Shown: in pieces, positions 48,768 through 57,867 of the stretch
Position numbering within the stretch: position 1 is the first letter of the stretch
How the letters are laid out: each line of letters opens with the position of its first letter
Position numbers and translations under genes: made by a program
The notes under the pieces: model-generated
Told to the model about the DNA's origin: nothing
The model's database searches: none
The model's input: only the letters and a program-made list of their open reading frames with translations
Virus record (IMG/VR): IMGVR_UViG_3300045988_070370
Location: 3,495 to 67,494 of that record
Source of the DNA: a virus
Direction: 5' to 3' (one strand)
Length of the DNA: 64,000 nucleotides

Positions 48768-48924
48768 AATCATTTATAATGTATGCGGAAATAGTGCTGG
48801 GAGTCCTAAGCCTCCATGAATGCAGAAGGGAACTTGAAGACACATGTCCTTAGGCGAAAGCGTGGCTCGGCTTGTGTCTTTGGGCGCACGGATTGGATCA
48901 AAGGCCTCGGACGTGCGCCCTTTT
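48768..48924 (+). ncRNA. Predicted roughly 155-nt structured small RNA
   Basis: It is bounded by the 48754 box and the 48882-48924 terminator. Internal helices are CCTAAG/CTTAGG and AAGACACA/TGTGTCTT (48837-44/48873-80). Confidence 0.4.
48882..48924 (+). terminator. Rho-independent terminator
   Basis: GGGCGCACG-(21 nt)-CGTGCGCCC is a perfect 9-bp GC-rich stem followed by TTTT. Confidence 0.7.
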
Positions 48925-48996
48925 CAATAGAAGTTTTTTCATTAGATTCCATACATTTTGCGGTAGCGACCGCTCAGGTGATAAAGAAAACACTCG

Positions 48997-49030
48997 CCCC
49001 ACCATTCGTGAGAATCGTGGGGTTTTATTT
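48997..49030 (+). terminator. Rho-independent terminator with GNRA loop
   Basis: CCCCAC-C-ATTC-GTGA-GAAT-C-GTGGGG followed by TTTTATTTT. Confidence 0.7.
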
Positions 49031-49060
49031 TGAAAGTCAAACAATTAAATATTATAGCTT

Positions 49061-49399
49061 ATGAACAACTCAGCAAGTGGAAACTATCCACCAGGCGCAG
49101 CCAACGACCCTTCTGCACCTTACAATCAGCCAGAATATCCTGAGTATCAGGACTACGATGTTACGGCATCATTCGTACTTGACAAGTCGTTTACAGTTAC
49201 CTCTTCTTCTGATGATGAGGAAGGCATCAAGCAAGACCTCATTGAAGACTACATGACACCTTTAGACCTCATCAAAGAGTTGAAAAAAAGGCTGCAAGGC
49301 GAGTTGAAATTAGACCCGACAAACAAAGTAACCAAGAGTCTTATCAAGGAGTGTGATGGATGGACGTGTGACTGTGACATCTGTGTTGACAACATTTAA
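49061..49399 (+). CDS. Acidic hypothetical protein
   Basis: 112 aa, first gene of the long plus-strand operon. Confidence 0.5.
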   Translation: MNNSASGNYPPGAANDPSAPYNQPEYPEYQDYDVTASFVLDKSFTVTSSSDDEEGIKQDLIEDYMTPLDLIKELKKRLQGELKLDPTNKVTKSLIKECDGWTCDCDICVDNI

Positions 49400-49410
49400 A
49401 TAATATAGGT

Positions 49411-50076
49411 ATGGGCAACTTAGACTTATACAACAAACTCAAAGTCGTACCAGCGGAAGCAATAAAACCAATCCAGAATGGGCGACTTAAAGGCAAGAGT
49501 GACATCAATCCGATGTGGCGCATCAAGACGATAACAGAACATTTTGGTGTTTGCGGAATTGGTTGGAAGTATGTTATTACAAAGCAATGGACTGAAACGT
49601 ATGGCACGGAGACTAAAGCGTACTGCAATATAGACCTTTTCGTCAAGGTTGATGGTCAATGGTCAGATGCTATTCAGGGAACTGGAGGTTCATCTGAGGT
49701 TACGATGGAACGTAATGGTTCATACGTATCTGACGAATGCTACAAAATGGCACTCACAGACGCACTCTCTGTAGCAATGAAGGCACTTGGTGTTGGAGCA
49801 GACATTTACTTTGAGAAAGGAAAGCAAATGGACTATTCATCAAAGTACGATATGCAAGAGGATTTAGCAAAAACTCAGCAGCAAGAAGCCAAGACGCAGC
49901 AGCAGACCGCTACACAGTATCACCCTAACGAACTGAATGAAGGATTGTGTTATCTGAGCAGATGTGTCAACAAGGACAATCTGATATGGGTAGTTCAGAC
50001 ATACAAGCCGCTTACCGCCAACCCTCAGTTTATGCAAGCAGTATCGGCTAAGAAGAAACAATTAGGAATACAATAA
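49411..50076 (+). CDS. Single-strand annealing protein (Rad52/Sak-like)
   Basis: Motifs NGRLKGKSDINPMWRIKTITEHFGVCGIGWKY and YKMALTDALSVAMKALGVGADIY. It is followed by an exonuclease and an SSB. Confidence 0.6.
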   Translation: MGNLDLYNKLKVVPAEAIKPIQNGRLKGKSDINPMWRIKTITEHFGVCGIGWKYVITKQWTETYGTETKAYCNIDLFVKVDGQWSDAIQGTGGSSEVTMERNGSYVSDECYKMALTDALSVAMKALGVGADIYFEKGKQMDYSSKYDMQEDLAKTQQQEAKTQQQTATQYHPNELNEGLCYLSRCVNKDNLIWVVQTYKPLTANPQFMQAVSAKKKQLGIQ

Positions 50077-50996
50077 TGACAGAAGTAAAGAAAATTACAT
50101 TGAATGAACCAAAGGTTACATTCATTGAAGAATCTCATCAGTACTTCCTCGGAAAGAAGGAACTGAAAGGTGTAACAGGAACGCTCATCAAGAAAGCCTT
50201 CCCTGACACATACAAGAATATTCCAGAGTCTGTACTGATGAAGGCAGCAGAGCGTGGAGGTCTCATCCACAACACGTTTGAAACCTTCTGTTCCATCTTC
50301 GATGCAGACATCAAACAGTACCCGAACCCTACCGAAGAGATTCAAGCCTTCCATAGTATGTTAGTCGCATACGATTTACACTATGTAGCATCCGAGTATC
50401 TTGTTACAGATGGAGAGAACTTTGCATCTGCTATAGATGGTATCTTCTCTGATAATGAAGGCAACATCTATCTGGTAGATTACAAGACCACCTCCACTCT
50501 CCATTACGACAATGTATCTCTCCAGTTATCCATCTATGCAAAATGGTTCGAGGAGCAGAATCCCGACTTGAAAGTGAAGGAGATTGTTTGTATGTGGTTT
50601 AAGAACGGACAGAGCAAGTTCCAGCCTCTCCCAAGGGTAGCGGATGAGCAGATAGACGAGTTAATTAACGCTTATCTCACAGACGATGCAGACTATCAGT
50701 ATAAGGTAGAAGTACCTGAACAGTTCTCGGCACTGGAGCAAGAGTATCGCCTGATAACTGCCCGTATTGATGCGATGAAAATTGTGCAGGACGGATTGAA
50801 GGAGAAGATAATGAAAATGATGGAGGCTAACAAGCAGAAATCCATCAAGACTAATATCGGTTCCTACTCTTATGTGGCAGCTACCACCAAGAAGGTCTTC
50901 GACACGAAGCTGTTCAAAGATACGGAGCCAGACCATTACGAGTATTATCTGAAGGAAACGGCTACCAAGCCATCGTTAAGAATCAAACTTAATTAA
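50076..50996 (+). CDS. PD-(D/E)XK recombination exonuclease (Cas4/RecB-like)
   Basis: ASAIDGIF...NIYLVDYKTTS gives the D...(D/E)xK context. It is ATGA-coupled to the annealase. Confidence 0.7.
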   Translation: MTEVKKITLNEPKVTFIEESHQYFLGKKELKGVTGTLIKKAFPDTYKNIPESVLMKAAERGGLIHNTFETFCSIFDADIKQYPNPTEEIQAFHSMLVAYDLHYVASEYLVTDGENFASAIDGIFSDNEGNIYLVDYKTTSTLHYDNVSLQLSIYAKWFEEQNPDLKVKEIVCMWFKNGQSKFQPLPRVADEQIDELINAYLTDDADYQYKVEVPEQFSALEQEYRLITARIDAMKIVQDGLKEKIMKMMEANKQKSIKTNIGSYSYVAATTKKVFDTKLFKDTEPDHYEYYLKETATKPSLRIKLN

Positions 50997-51000
50997 GAAT

Positions 51001-51420
51001 ATGAACGTAAAGTTTACAGGCAAGATTATTGCAGCAGGGCAAGTTCAAATGGGAACTTCCCAAAACGGAACTCCATGGAGTTCTTGTGAGTATGTTATCG
51101 AAGAATTGAACGAGCAGTACCCTTCAAGAGCCGTTATCCAAGTGTATGGCTCTGACAAGTTGCAGCAGTTCAATATCCAGTTAGGAGAAATCATCACCGC
51201 TCACATCGGACTGAAAGCACGTCAGTCTAAGGAAGGACGCTGGTTCAATCAGTTAGACTGCTGGAAAGTTGAACGACCTAATGTTCAGCAGCAAGGTCAG
51301 GTTGCTCAGAACCCTCAGCAACAATTTCCCCCACAGGTTAATGCGAGCGGTCAAGCTACTCAGCAGGGTGTTCAATATTCAGGAGGTCAGCAACAAAATA
51401 TCCCATTCCCTCAACGTTAA
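51001..51420 (+). CDS. DUF3127-type OB-fold ssDNA-binding protein
   Basis: FTGKIIAAGQVQMGTSQNGTPWSSCEYVIEE..QYPSRAVIQVYGSDKLQQF...GRWFNQLDCWKVE matches the remembered DUF3127 pattern. It has a Q-rich tail ending NIPFPQR. Confidence 0.65.
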   Translation: MNVKFTGKIIAAGQVQMGTSQNGTPWSSCEYVIEELNEQYPSRAVIQVYGSDKLQQFNIQLGEIITAHIGLKARQSKEGRWFNQLDCWKVERPNVQQQGQVAQNPQQQFPPQVNASGQATQQGVQYSGGQQQNIPFPQR

Positions 51421-51430
51421 TATATAAGGT

Positions 51431-51868
51431 ATGGAAATCCATCTTGTACGAACATCAACAGGTCTTCGTCCATACTCGGATGATGATTACGAGGAAATGA
51501 AAAAGATAAAGGTTGGTTCCATCGTCAAGGCAAACATAGTTCGACCAAGGAACATCAAGTTTCATCGCAAATTCTTCTCCCTTATCCGTGCGGCATGGGA
51601 TTGTCTTACAGAGCAGCAGCGCACCAACCTACGCTCAGTAGATACATTTCGTGAGCAACTTCTGATAACATCAGGATTCAGCGAACCGCTCTACGACCTG
51701 AACGGACAGAAGTTCTTAGAGAGAGCAAAATCTATCTCCTTCGCCAAGATGGATGAGCCAGCCTTTAATGAAGTATATTCCAAGGTCTTAGACACCATTC
51801 TTACCATCATGGTAGCCAATGGTGTTACAGAAGACGAGTTTAATAACATATTACAAAATTATAGTTGA
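51431..51868 (+). CDS. Hypothetical protein (DUF1367-like)
   Basis: 145 aa, containing VRPRNIKFHRKFFSLIRAAW. Confidence 0.45.
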   Translation: MEIHLVRTSTGLRPYSDDDYEEMKKIKVGSIVKANIVRPRNIKFHRKFFSLIRAAWDCLTEQQRTNLRSVDTFREQLLITSGFSEPLYDLNGQKFLERAKSISFAKMDEPAFNEVYSKVLDTILTIMVANGVTEDEFNNILQNYS

Positions 51869-51869
51869 T

Positions 51870-52622
51870 ATGACACGTAGAAACGACAAGCGCAACAACA
51901 GACATAATCGTCAGCGCAACAACAAAACAGAGTTATCACCATTTGCATCAATGCTTTTCGGAGCACTACTTGGCAAGGGTACGGAAATGATTGCTAAAAA
52001 AATGGCAGAAGAAGCAAAAAAGACTCCTGATATTCATGCAGAAGGCATCAACAATGAGGACATCAACAACATCAACAATGGAAATGCAACCTTATCTAAG
52101 TTGCGCATTCCTGCTGATGGTTCGGCAGTTGAGTACCCTATCCCTGATGGTCTTTCTTTCTTCTTCAACGAAGAAGGCAAGTTGATGGTGCACAAGAAGC
52201 AGGAACAAGAATCCGCTCCTGATACTAAGAATGGCGACCCTATTACTTACGATGATATTTGCAAGGAACTCTTCTTTGGAAAGAACGCATACTGGGTTCA
52301 TTATAACAAAATCAAGAAAGGTGTTATAAGATATTCTTATAGCGATATAGACAACTACACCAGTCTCGCTCAGGCGAAACGCACGCTTGCTTTTAACAAG
52401 TTGCAGAACATCGCCAAGTATCTCAACAAGGGATGGAAACCTGACTTTCGCAGCCCCGAAAAAAAATGGTATATCGTTAAGGGTGGAAAAAGTTACTCTC
52501 CTGTATATGTTCTGGCAATAAACGACGCAAACGTTTACTTCAAGAGTAAAGACCTTGCACTCGAAGCCATCCGTCTGATGGGCGAAGAATCTCTCAACGA
52601 CCTTTTCTCAACTGACTGGTAA
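51870..52622 (+). CDS. Hypothetical protein
   Basis: ORF 51819-52622. The start MTRRNDKRNN at 51870 is 2 nt after the upstream stop. Confidence 0.5.
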   Translation: MTRRNDKRNNRHNRQRNNKTELSPFASMLFGALLGKGTEMIAKKMAEEAKKTPDIHAEGINNEDINNINNGNATLSKLRIPADGSAVEYPIPDGLSFFFNEEGKLMVHKKQEQESAPDTKNGDPITYDDICKELFFGKNAYWVHYNKIKKGVIRYSYSDIDNYTSLAQAKRTLAFNKLQNIAKYLNKGWKPDFRSPEKKWYIVKGGKSYSPVYVLAINDANVYFKSKDLALEAIRLMGEESLNDLFSTDW

Positions 52623-53041
52623 TGACAAGTTACGCTGAAATAAAAGCAAAGTTAGAACAGGAAGGCAAGAAGATACGCAAGCGTTCATCCTATGATGAGC
52701 ACAACTTGCAAGCCGCAGAGGTCAGGTATATCCGTGGGGTATATCCTGACCTTGAAGGTGTCTTCTTTGCCGTTCCGAATGGCGGCAAGCGAACCTCACG
52801 ACAAGCCGCATGGCTGAAAGAAGAAGGTATGAAGGCAGGAGTTTCTGATATGCTACTCCTGAAGCGCACCTCCCAATATGGATTCCTATGTATAGAGAAC
52901 AAGACTCCCAAGGGCAGGCAGGAACCAGCGCAGAGAGTATTTCAGTTTGAAGTAGAACGGCATGGTGGCAAGTATATCATCGTCCGCTCTATAGATGAAT
53001 TTATGGAAGCTATCGACAATTATCTAAATGGTGAACTATGA
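52622..53041 (+). CDS. VRR-NUC domain nuclease
   Basis: FFAVPNGGKR...GVSDMLLL...LCIENKTPKGRQEPAQ gives the PD-(D/E)xK context. Confidence 0.7.
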   Translation: MTSYAEIKAKLEQEGKKIRKRSSYDEHNLQAAEVRYIRGVYPDLEGVFFAVPNGGKRTSRQAAWLKEEGMKAGVSDMLLLKRTSQYGFLCIENKTPKGRQEPAQRVFQFEVERHGGKYIIVRSIDEFMEAIDNYLNGEL

Positions 53042-53580
53042 CAGAAGAAATCAGACAAGCCATCCAACTTCTTGAAGAAAACGGCTACAAGGTTACTGCT
53101 CCTCCCAAGGAAGTCAAAGACGAATATACCTTTGAGCGAGCATGGAACTTGTACGACAAAAAGGTAGGCTGCAAAGCCAAACTCGAAAAGAAGTGGAACT
53201 CCATGAGCCAAAAAGACCGCAAGGCAGCTATAGAGTATATTCCATTATATGTGATTGCAACCGAGGATAAAAAGTATCGCAAGAACTTCCAAACTTTCCT
53301 CAATCAGCGAGGATGGGAAGACGAACTTATCGGAGCGACACCACCGCCAGCAGTTATCAACGAGCAACCATCTGAGATAAGCCAACTTATCGCCAAAACA
53401 AGGGCAGAACAGGAGCGTAATACGGACGATGCAAAGAATCATGCCCTTCGACAACGCATCTTTGGCATGATAGAGGTTCTTGAAAAGAATCCAAAGAGCT
53501 TCTGTAAATCTCTGTTGGAGATATATCGTGAAAATGGTACGTTAGAGCGTTTGGGTATAGAATGGAATCCACAGACATAA
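53038..53580 (+). CDS. Hypothetical protein
   Basis: 180 aa, ATGA-coupled. Confidence 0.5.
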   Translation: MTEEIRQAIQLLEENGYKVTAPPKEVKDEYTFERAWNLYDKKVGCKAKLEKKWNSMSQKDRKAAIEYIPLYVIATEDKKYRKNFQTFLNQRGWEDELIGATPPPAVINEQPSEISQLIAKTRAEQERNTDDAKNHALRQRIFGMIEVLEKNPKSFCKSLLEIYRENGTLERLGIEWNPQT

Positions 53581-54344
53581 ATAAAATGATAGCAATCAAC
53601 AAATACAACAAGCAGCATCCTCTAAGAGTATTCGAGGCATTCGCTGGTTATGGCAGCCAGAGTCTCGCCTTCAAGTACCTTCAAGAGAACCATCCTGAGT
53701 TTGACTTCAAGGTAGTAGGATATTCGGAGATAGAACCTTCTGCCATTCAAGCCTACAGGCTCCTGCATGGGTGGAATATTCCTAATTTCGGAGACGTGAC
53801 AAGAATTGACTGGAACGAGGTTCCCGACTTCGACTTCATCAGTTGGTCTTCTCCATGCCAAGACTTCTCAAATGCTGGTCTCAGGCAAGGTGGCGAGGAA
53901 GGGAGCGGTACACGTTCATCCCTTATCTTTCAGGAGAAGAGGATGCTGACAGTCAAGAAACCGAAATATGTAATGCTGGAGAACGTGAAAGGTCTCCTAT
54001 CCGAGAAAATGAGAAAGTACTTCTTCCAATATCTCAGAGACCTCGACTCTTTCGGCTACACGTCATTTTACAAGGTTCTTAATTCTAAGGACTATGGAAT
54101 ACCACAGAATCGTGAACGTATCTTCGTAATCTCTATCCTAAGAACAGAAGACGAGCCGAACCCTGAGTATCATTTCCCTTCTCCTATCAAGTTAGAGACT
54201 ACGGTTGAGGATATGTTAGAAGACAATGTTTCTCCCGAATATTTCATGTCCCAACAACTCCTCGAAAAGTATCTATCCAAAGCAGACATCAATGAAGCAA
54301 TCCAAAAACTATACCCAGAAGATAGCGATACCGAAAACGGCTGA
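53562..54344 (+). CDS. C5 cytosine DNA methyltransferase, N-terminal part (motifs I-VIII)
   Basis: Motif I is RVFEAFAGYGSQSLAF. Motif IV is SWSSPCQDFSNAG. Motif VI is LENVKGL. Motif VIII is PQNRERIFVI. Confidence 0.85.
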   Translation: MESTDINKMIAINKYNKQHPLRVFEAFAGYGSQSLAFKYLQENHPEFDFKVVGYSEIEPSAIQAYRLLHGWNIPNFGDVTRIDWNEVPDFDFISWSSPCQDFSNAGLRQGGEEGSGTRSSLIFQEKRMLTVKKPKYVMLENVKGLLSEKMRKYFFQYLRDLDSFGYTSFYKVLNSKDYGIPQNRERIFVISILRTEDEPNPEYHFPSPIKLETTVEDMLEDNVSPEYFMSQQLLEKYLSKADINEAIQKLYPEDSDTENG

Positions 54345-54912
54345 TGGATGCTCTGTTGCAGTTACAGCCAGTATAGGTATGTCAAGTGTAATGAACTTCA
54401 TTGATACGGCTCATTATCCGAAAGGTGGAGTTTTAATCATCAAACCAGTATGATAATATACAGAAATAAACACGGAAGTTTTAAAGGTGGTTTGTTTGAA
54501 ACAAAAATATCACCAACCATAACAATAGCATCCTTTGAACATAACACATTTATCTTAAAAATAAAAGAATGTGCGACAAAATTATAAAGCTGGCAAACCT
54601 CCAAATCAAAGGCAGAATAGAGCAGCAGACCAGAGTCTATTCCACCAAGGGAATCTCTCCTACTCTCAATTCTGCTATGGGTCACGGAGGTAACTGCATT
54701 CCACTATTCTTAATTGTCAAAGAGATATGAGAAAAGCCATCCTCTACAAGGAACGAACAGCCGATGGAAGGATGCTACGCAAAGCATACGACACTCATAA
54801 GTGCAGCTTCCACGCAAAGATGAAACATAGAACACCACGTACAGACGGACTCAGTAATACCATCACAAGTTTCTTCACTGACAACTTAGTATTAATCGTA
54901 AGCGAGATATGA
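54226..54912 (+). pseudogene. String of four short overlapping ORFs, each with a C5-MTase target-recognition-like [SAN][PN]T[ILM] segment
   Basis: The ORFs are 54226-54453, 54450-54587, 54569-54730 and 54727-54912, in frames 1, 0, 2 and 1. Their motifs are SVAVTAS, ISPTITIAS, GISPTLNSAMGHGG and LSNTITSFF. Junctions are ATGA or short overlaps. Confidence 0.5.
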
Positions 54913-55361
54913 TAACTGGAGGAAAACGTATGAAATCCCTACTCCTATCAGGGAAGGTCAAGCCTGATATGGGGGGGCAAGTCTTAGACCTCTATAACCA
55001 GCAAGTCTATGACAATATTGCTCCAACAATGCTAACAACCATTGATTCTTCATCAATGACATTCGTAACCATCATGAACAAAGAAATCATTCACACCGCT
55101 CCCAACGGCAAGAAATACTCCATCCAAATCAGGAAGTACACTCCAAGAGATTGTTTCCGCCTGATGGGAGTGCATGAAGCTGACATAGATAAACTCCTGA
55201 GCAAGGAGAAGTCTGGTCAACTCATTATCTGTAAGAGCAAACTCTACGCACTTGCAGGAAACTCAATAGTCACCAACTGCCTGACTGCCATGTTCGAGGA
55301 ACTGATATTTCCATCAGGGAATCACTATCACGACAAGAGCGGTCAGCTTTCACTCTTTTAG
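54909..55361 (+). CDS. C5 cytosine DNA methyltransferase, C-terminal part (TRD remnant plus motifs IX-X)
   Basis: IAPTMLTT, IRKYTPRDCFRLMGV (motif IX) and ALAGNSIVTNCL (motif X). A G7 tract lies at 54971-54977. Confidence 0.75.
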   Translation: MITGGKRMKSLLLSGKVKPDMGGQVLDLYNQQVYDNIAPTMLTTIDSSSMTFVTIMNKEIIHTAPNGKKYSIQIRKYTPRDCFRLMGVHEADIDKLLSKEKSGQLIICKSKLYALAGNSIVTNCLTAMFEELIFPSGNHYHDKSGQLSLF

Positions 55362-55364
55362 CTT

Positions 55365-55622
55365 ATGAATAATTTCGGATATATCAAGATAGGCAAGCGC
55401 ATCAGCAAAGCGCACAAAGCCCTCTTTACCCACAAGACCATGGTACTATGGTACAAAGGCAACCCAATCATCGGGACAATGCACGATGATTTGTGGTACC
55501 AACAAGACATGAACGGAAAATTGGAGCAATTAATGTTCCAGCAACAAGTAACTCACGTATCATTCTTACCATCCCCACCAAATGAAGACAGAAAAAGAAC
55601 AAATCTTAGCCATCATCGCTGA
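55365..55622 (+). CDS. Hypothetical protein
   Basis: 85 aa. Confidence 0.45.
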   Translation: MNNFGYIKIGKRISKAHKALFTHKTMVLWYKGNPIIGTMHDDLWYQQDMNGKLEQLMFQQQVTHVSFLPSPPNEDRKRTNLSHHR

Positions 55623-55794
55623 GATTCAGGAAGAGCGTAAGGCAGCGCATATCGTGCCAAATCATGTTCTTGCCAAAGAAATCATCAACCGAGGATTCCA
55701 TCAGCCGCAGCAAGCCCTCAACGAATTATGCGCAGAAGGCAAGATAGACTGGTGCAGAACCCTCAACGATATAGCATTCACTATCAGGTCATAG
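55582..55794 (+). CDS. Hypothetical protein (possible wHTH)
   Basis: 70 aa. Confidence 0.4.
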   Translation: MKTEKEQILAIIAEIQEERKAAHIVPNHVLAKEIINRGFHQPQQALNELCAEGKIDWCRTLNDIAFTIRS

Positions 55795-55849
55795 CAAAGC
55801 TATGTGGATTGAAACAAATACTATCAGAAATTTATAAATCAAAAACAAT

Positions 55850-56455
55850 ATGGAAGAAAAGTTAGAAATAATCACAAAGGAAGACTTGGAGGTATTATCT
55901 AAGCAAGCCTACGAGTCAGCAAAGGATAAGGGCTTCTACCCTGGTATTAGTACTACATTTCACCTGATGTTCATTATCGTAGAAATGGGTGAAGTGCTGC
56001 AAGCGGACAGAAAAGATAGACATGGCTCCATCGAAGACTACGAAAGCGAAATTGAAATTGGCAGGGATATTCCTACCGCCTACAAAAACACGCTTGAAGG
56101 TACAGTAGAGTCTGAGTTTGCCGACATCGCTATTCGTATTCTCTCGCTCTTGGGTAGCATCATATCAAGCGAGAAAATCGAACTAACAGAAGACGAAGAC
56201 CTGACAGACGAATACAAATTGGCTAAATTTATCTTTGGGTTTGATTTAGTCGAAGACCTATACAGACTCATCGAAAAGATAGGAGTCTGTGACTTGGATG
56301 ATTCTCCAAACTGGTATCTCGTCAAGCATTTACAAGAAATACTGATGGATATTTTTGCGATTGCCCATAGTAACAATATCAACCTGATGGAGCACATCAA
56401 ACTGAAAATGAAGTACAACGAAACTCGTCCGTATCTACACGGATATAAATATTAG
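55850..56455 (+). CDS. MazG-like all-alpha NTP pyrophosphohydrolase
   Basis: ExxE...ExxD context: IIVEMGEVLQA and VESEFADIAIRILSL. Confidence 0.7.
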   Translation: MEEKLEIITKEDLEVLSKQAYESAKDKGFYPGISTTFHLMFIIVEMGEVLQADRKDRHGSIEDYESEIEIGRDIPTAYKNTLEGTVESEFADIAIRILSLLGSIISSEKIELTEDEDLTDEYKLAKFIFGFDLVEDLYRLIEKIGVCDLDDSPNWYLVKHLQEILMDIFAIAHSNNINLMEHIKLKMKYNETRPYLHGYKY

Positions 56456-56466
56456 GAGGACAAAAT

Positions 56467-56667
56467 ATGTTTGGAATAGAACAGATTTCAAGAAGATGCT
56501 TAATGACTTTGAGTGATTGTAGCAAGATTCAAGCTACCATCACCATCCCAAAGCCGACCAAACCCATCTTTCCTGAGCAGATGGAAAGAGAGTTTATCAA
56601 GAACATAAACAACTCACAACCTCTTGCAAAAAACAAGGTTGTAAAGTTACATATAATGAGGAATTAA
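56467..56667 (+). CDS. Hypothetical protein
   Basis: 66 aa. Confidence 0.4.
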   Translation: MFGIEQISRRCLMTLSDCSKIQATITIPKPTKPIFPEQMEREFIKNINNSQPLAKNKVVKLHIMRN

Positions 56668-56671
56668 GCTT

Positions 56672-56848
56672 ATGGAAGATTTACCTATTGGTTCTGAGAT
56701 TACACTGAAAGTGGTTGAAAGTAATAGTTGTGATGGTTGCTTTTTCGCTGAGTTAGCTACCGATATTTATGAAAATGTTTGCAAGCGCATTAAATGTACG
56801 GCTAACGAGCGTAAGGACGGTAAAAATGTTCAATTCAAAAAGAGTTAA
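56672..56848 (+). CDS. Small Cys-containing hypothetical protein (58 aa)
   Basis: Own reading gives MEDLPIGSEITLKVVESNSCDGCFFAELATDIYENVCKRIKCTANERKDGKNVQFKKS. It fills the gap between flanking plus-strand genes. Confidence 0.4.
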   Translation: MEDLPIGSEITLKVVESNSCDGCFFAELATDIYENVCKRIKCTANERKDGKNVQFKKS

Positions 56849-56853
56849 ATGAT

Positions 56854-57849
56854 ATGGAAGAAAAGATTAATATAGCAGAGATACTAAAGGATAAGCCGCA
56901 AGGAACGAAGTTATATGACTTATTACGGAATATTGACGTAGAGTTAGATAAAGTTCATATAACAGATGTTGGGTCTTACATTGTATGTACAGCAACCAAT
57001 GAAGCGGGCAGCACTCGTTCGTTTGGTTATTCAAAATTAGGTACAGAAGAATGTTGGCTTGATGGTTTACAGATTCTCTTTCCTTCAAAATCAATGCAAG
57101 ATTGGTCTAAGTTCGTTTGGAAGAAAGGCGATGTCTTGATTTGTAAAGATAACACACACATTATCTTTGAAAAGTTTGAGGATAATACCTACACAAGATT
57201 TAAAGGCAAGTATTATCTTTCTAAATTATATGCTAAAGAAGATTTTTATGAATCTTGTAAAGAGATACCCAAAATGTTTACTTCTTCGTTTGAGAAAGCC
57301 AACGATTATGATGCTCAGACCTACATCAAAACCGTCGAGGAACGCTTGGGTGGCAAGCTCAATCTTGAATCTTTAGAGATTGAAAAGCAGCCAGAGTTCA
57401 AGGATGGGGATATTCTCTATGCAGAAAAAGATGAATCACATACAGATACGATATTTATTTTAAGAATAGTTGAAGGAGAAAGAAAAGATTACGCTTGTCT
57501 AATTCTTAATCGATGTCCGACGTGTGACTATAGTGGCTTTGGTTTTATAGGCAATGAAACACTTCGCTATGCTACAGAAGAAGAGAAGCGTCAGCTCTTT
57601 GATGCTTTAGCAAAGAAAGGCAAGGCTTGGGATGCTGAGCATAAAATGATTGTGGACTTGAAGCCAAAGGTCGAGCTGAAACCATTCGATAAGGTACTTG
57701 TCAAAGATAATCCTTATGGAAGTTGGGAGCCTGCTCTCTTTTGGAAAAGAGTGGACGTAAAAGACATTCACACCTACAAGATTATAGGAGGTAAAAGATA
57801 TAGATATTGTGAACCTTACGAAGGTAATGAGCACTTGTTGGACAATTAA
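56854..57849 (+). CDS. Hypothetical protein
   Basis: 331 aa. Confidence 0.55.
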   Translation: MEEKINIAEILKDKPQGTKLYDLLRNIDVELDKVHITDVGSYIVCTATNEAGSTRSFGYSKLGTEECWLDGLQILFPSKSMQDWSKFVWKKGDVLICKDNTHIIFEKFEDNTYTRFKGKYYLSKLYAKEDFYESCKEIPKMFTSSFEKANDYDAQTYIKTVEERLGGKLNLESLEIEKQPEFKDGDILYAEKDESHTDTIFILRIVEGERKDYACLILNRCPTCDYSGFGFIGNETLRYATEEEKRQLFDALAKKGKAWDAEHKMIVDLKPKVELKPFDKVLVKDNPYGSWEPALFWKRVDVKDIHTYKIIGGKRYRYCEPYEGNEHLLDN

Positions 57850-57867
57850 AGATGTGGAGGGCTAATT

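Noticed and set aside
48816-49064. An 82-aa track ORF in the non-coding region.
   Set aside because: It runs straight through two strong rho-independent terminators and several hairpins, and has an odd composition. An RNA-level function is more plausible.
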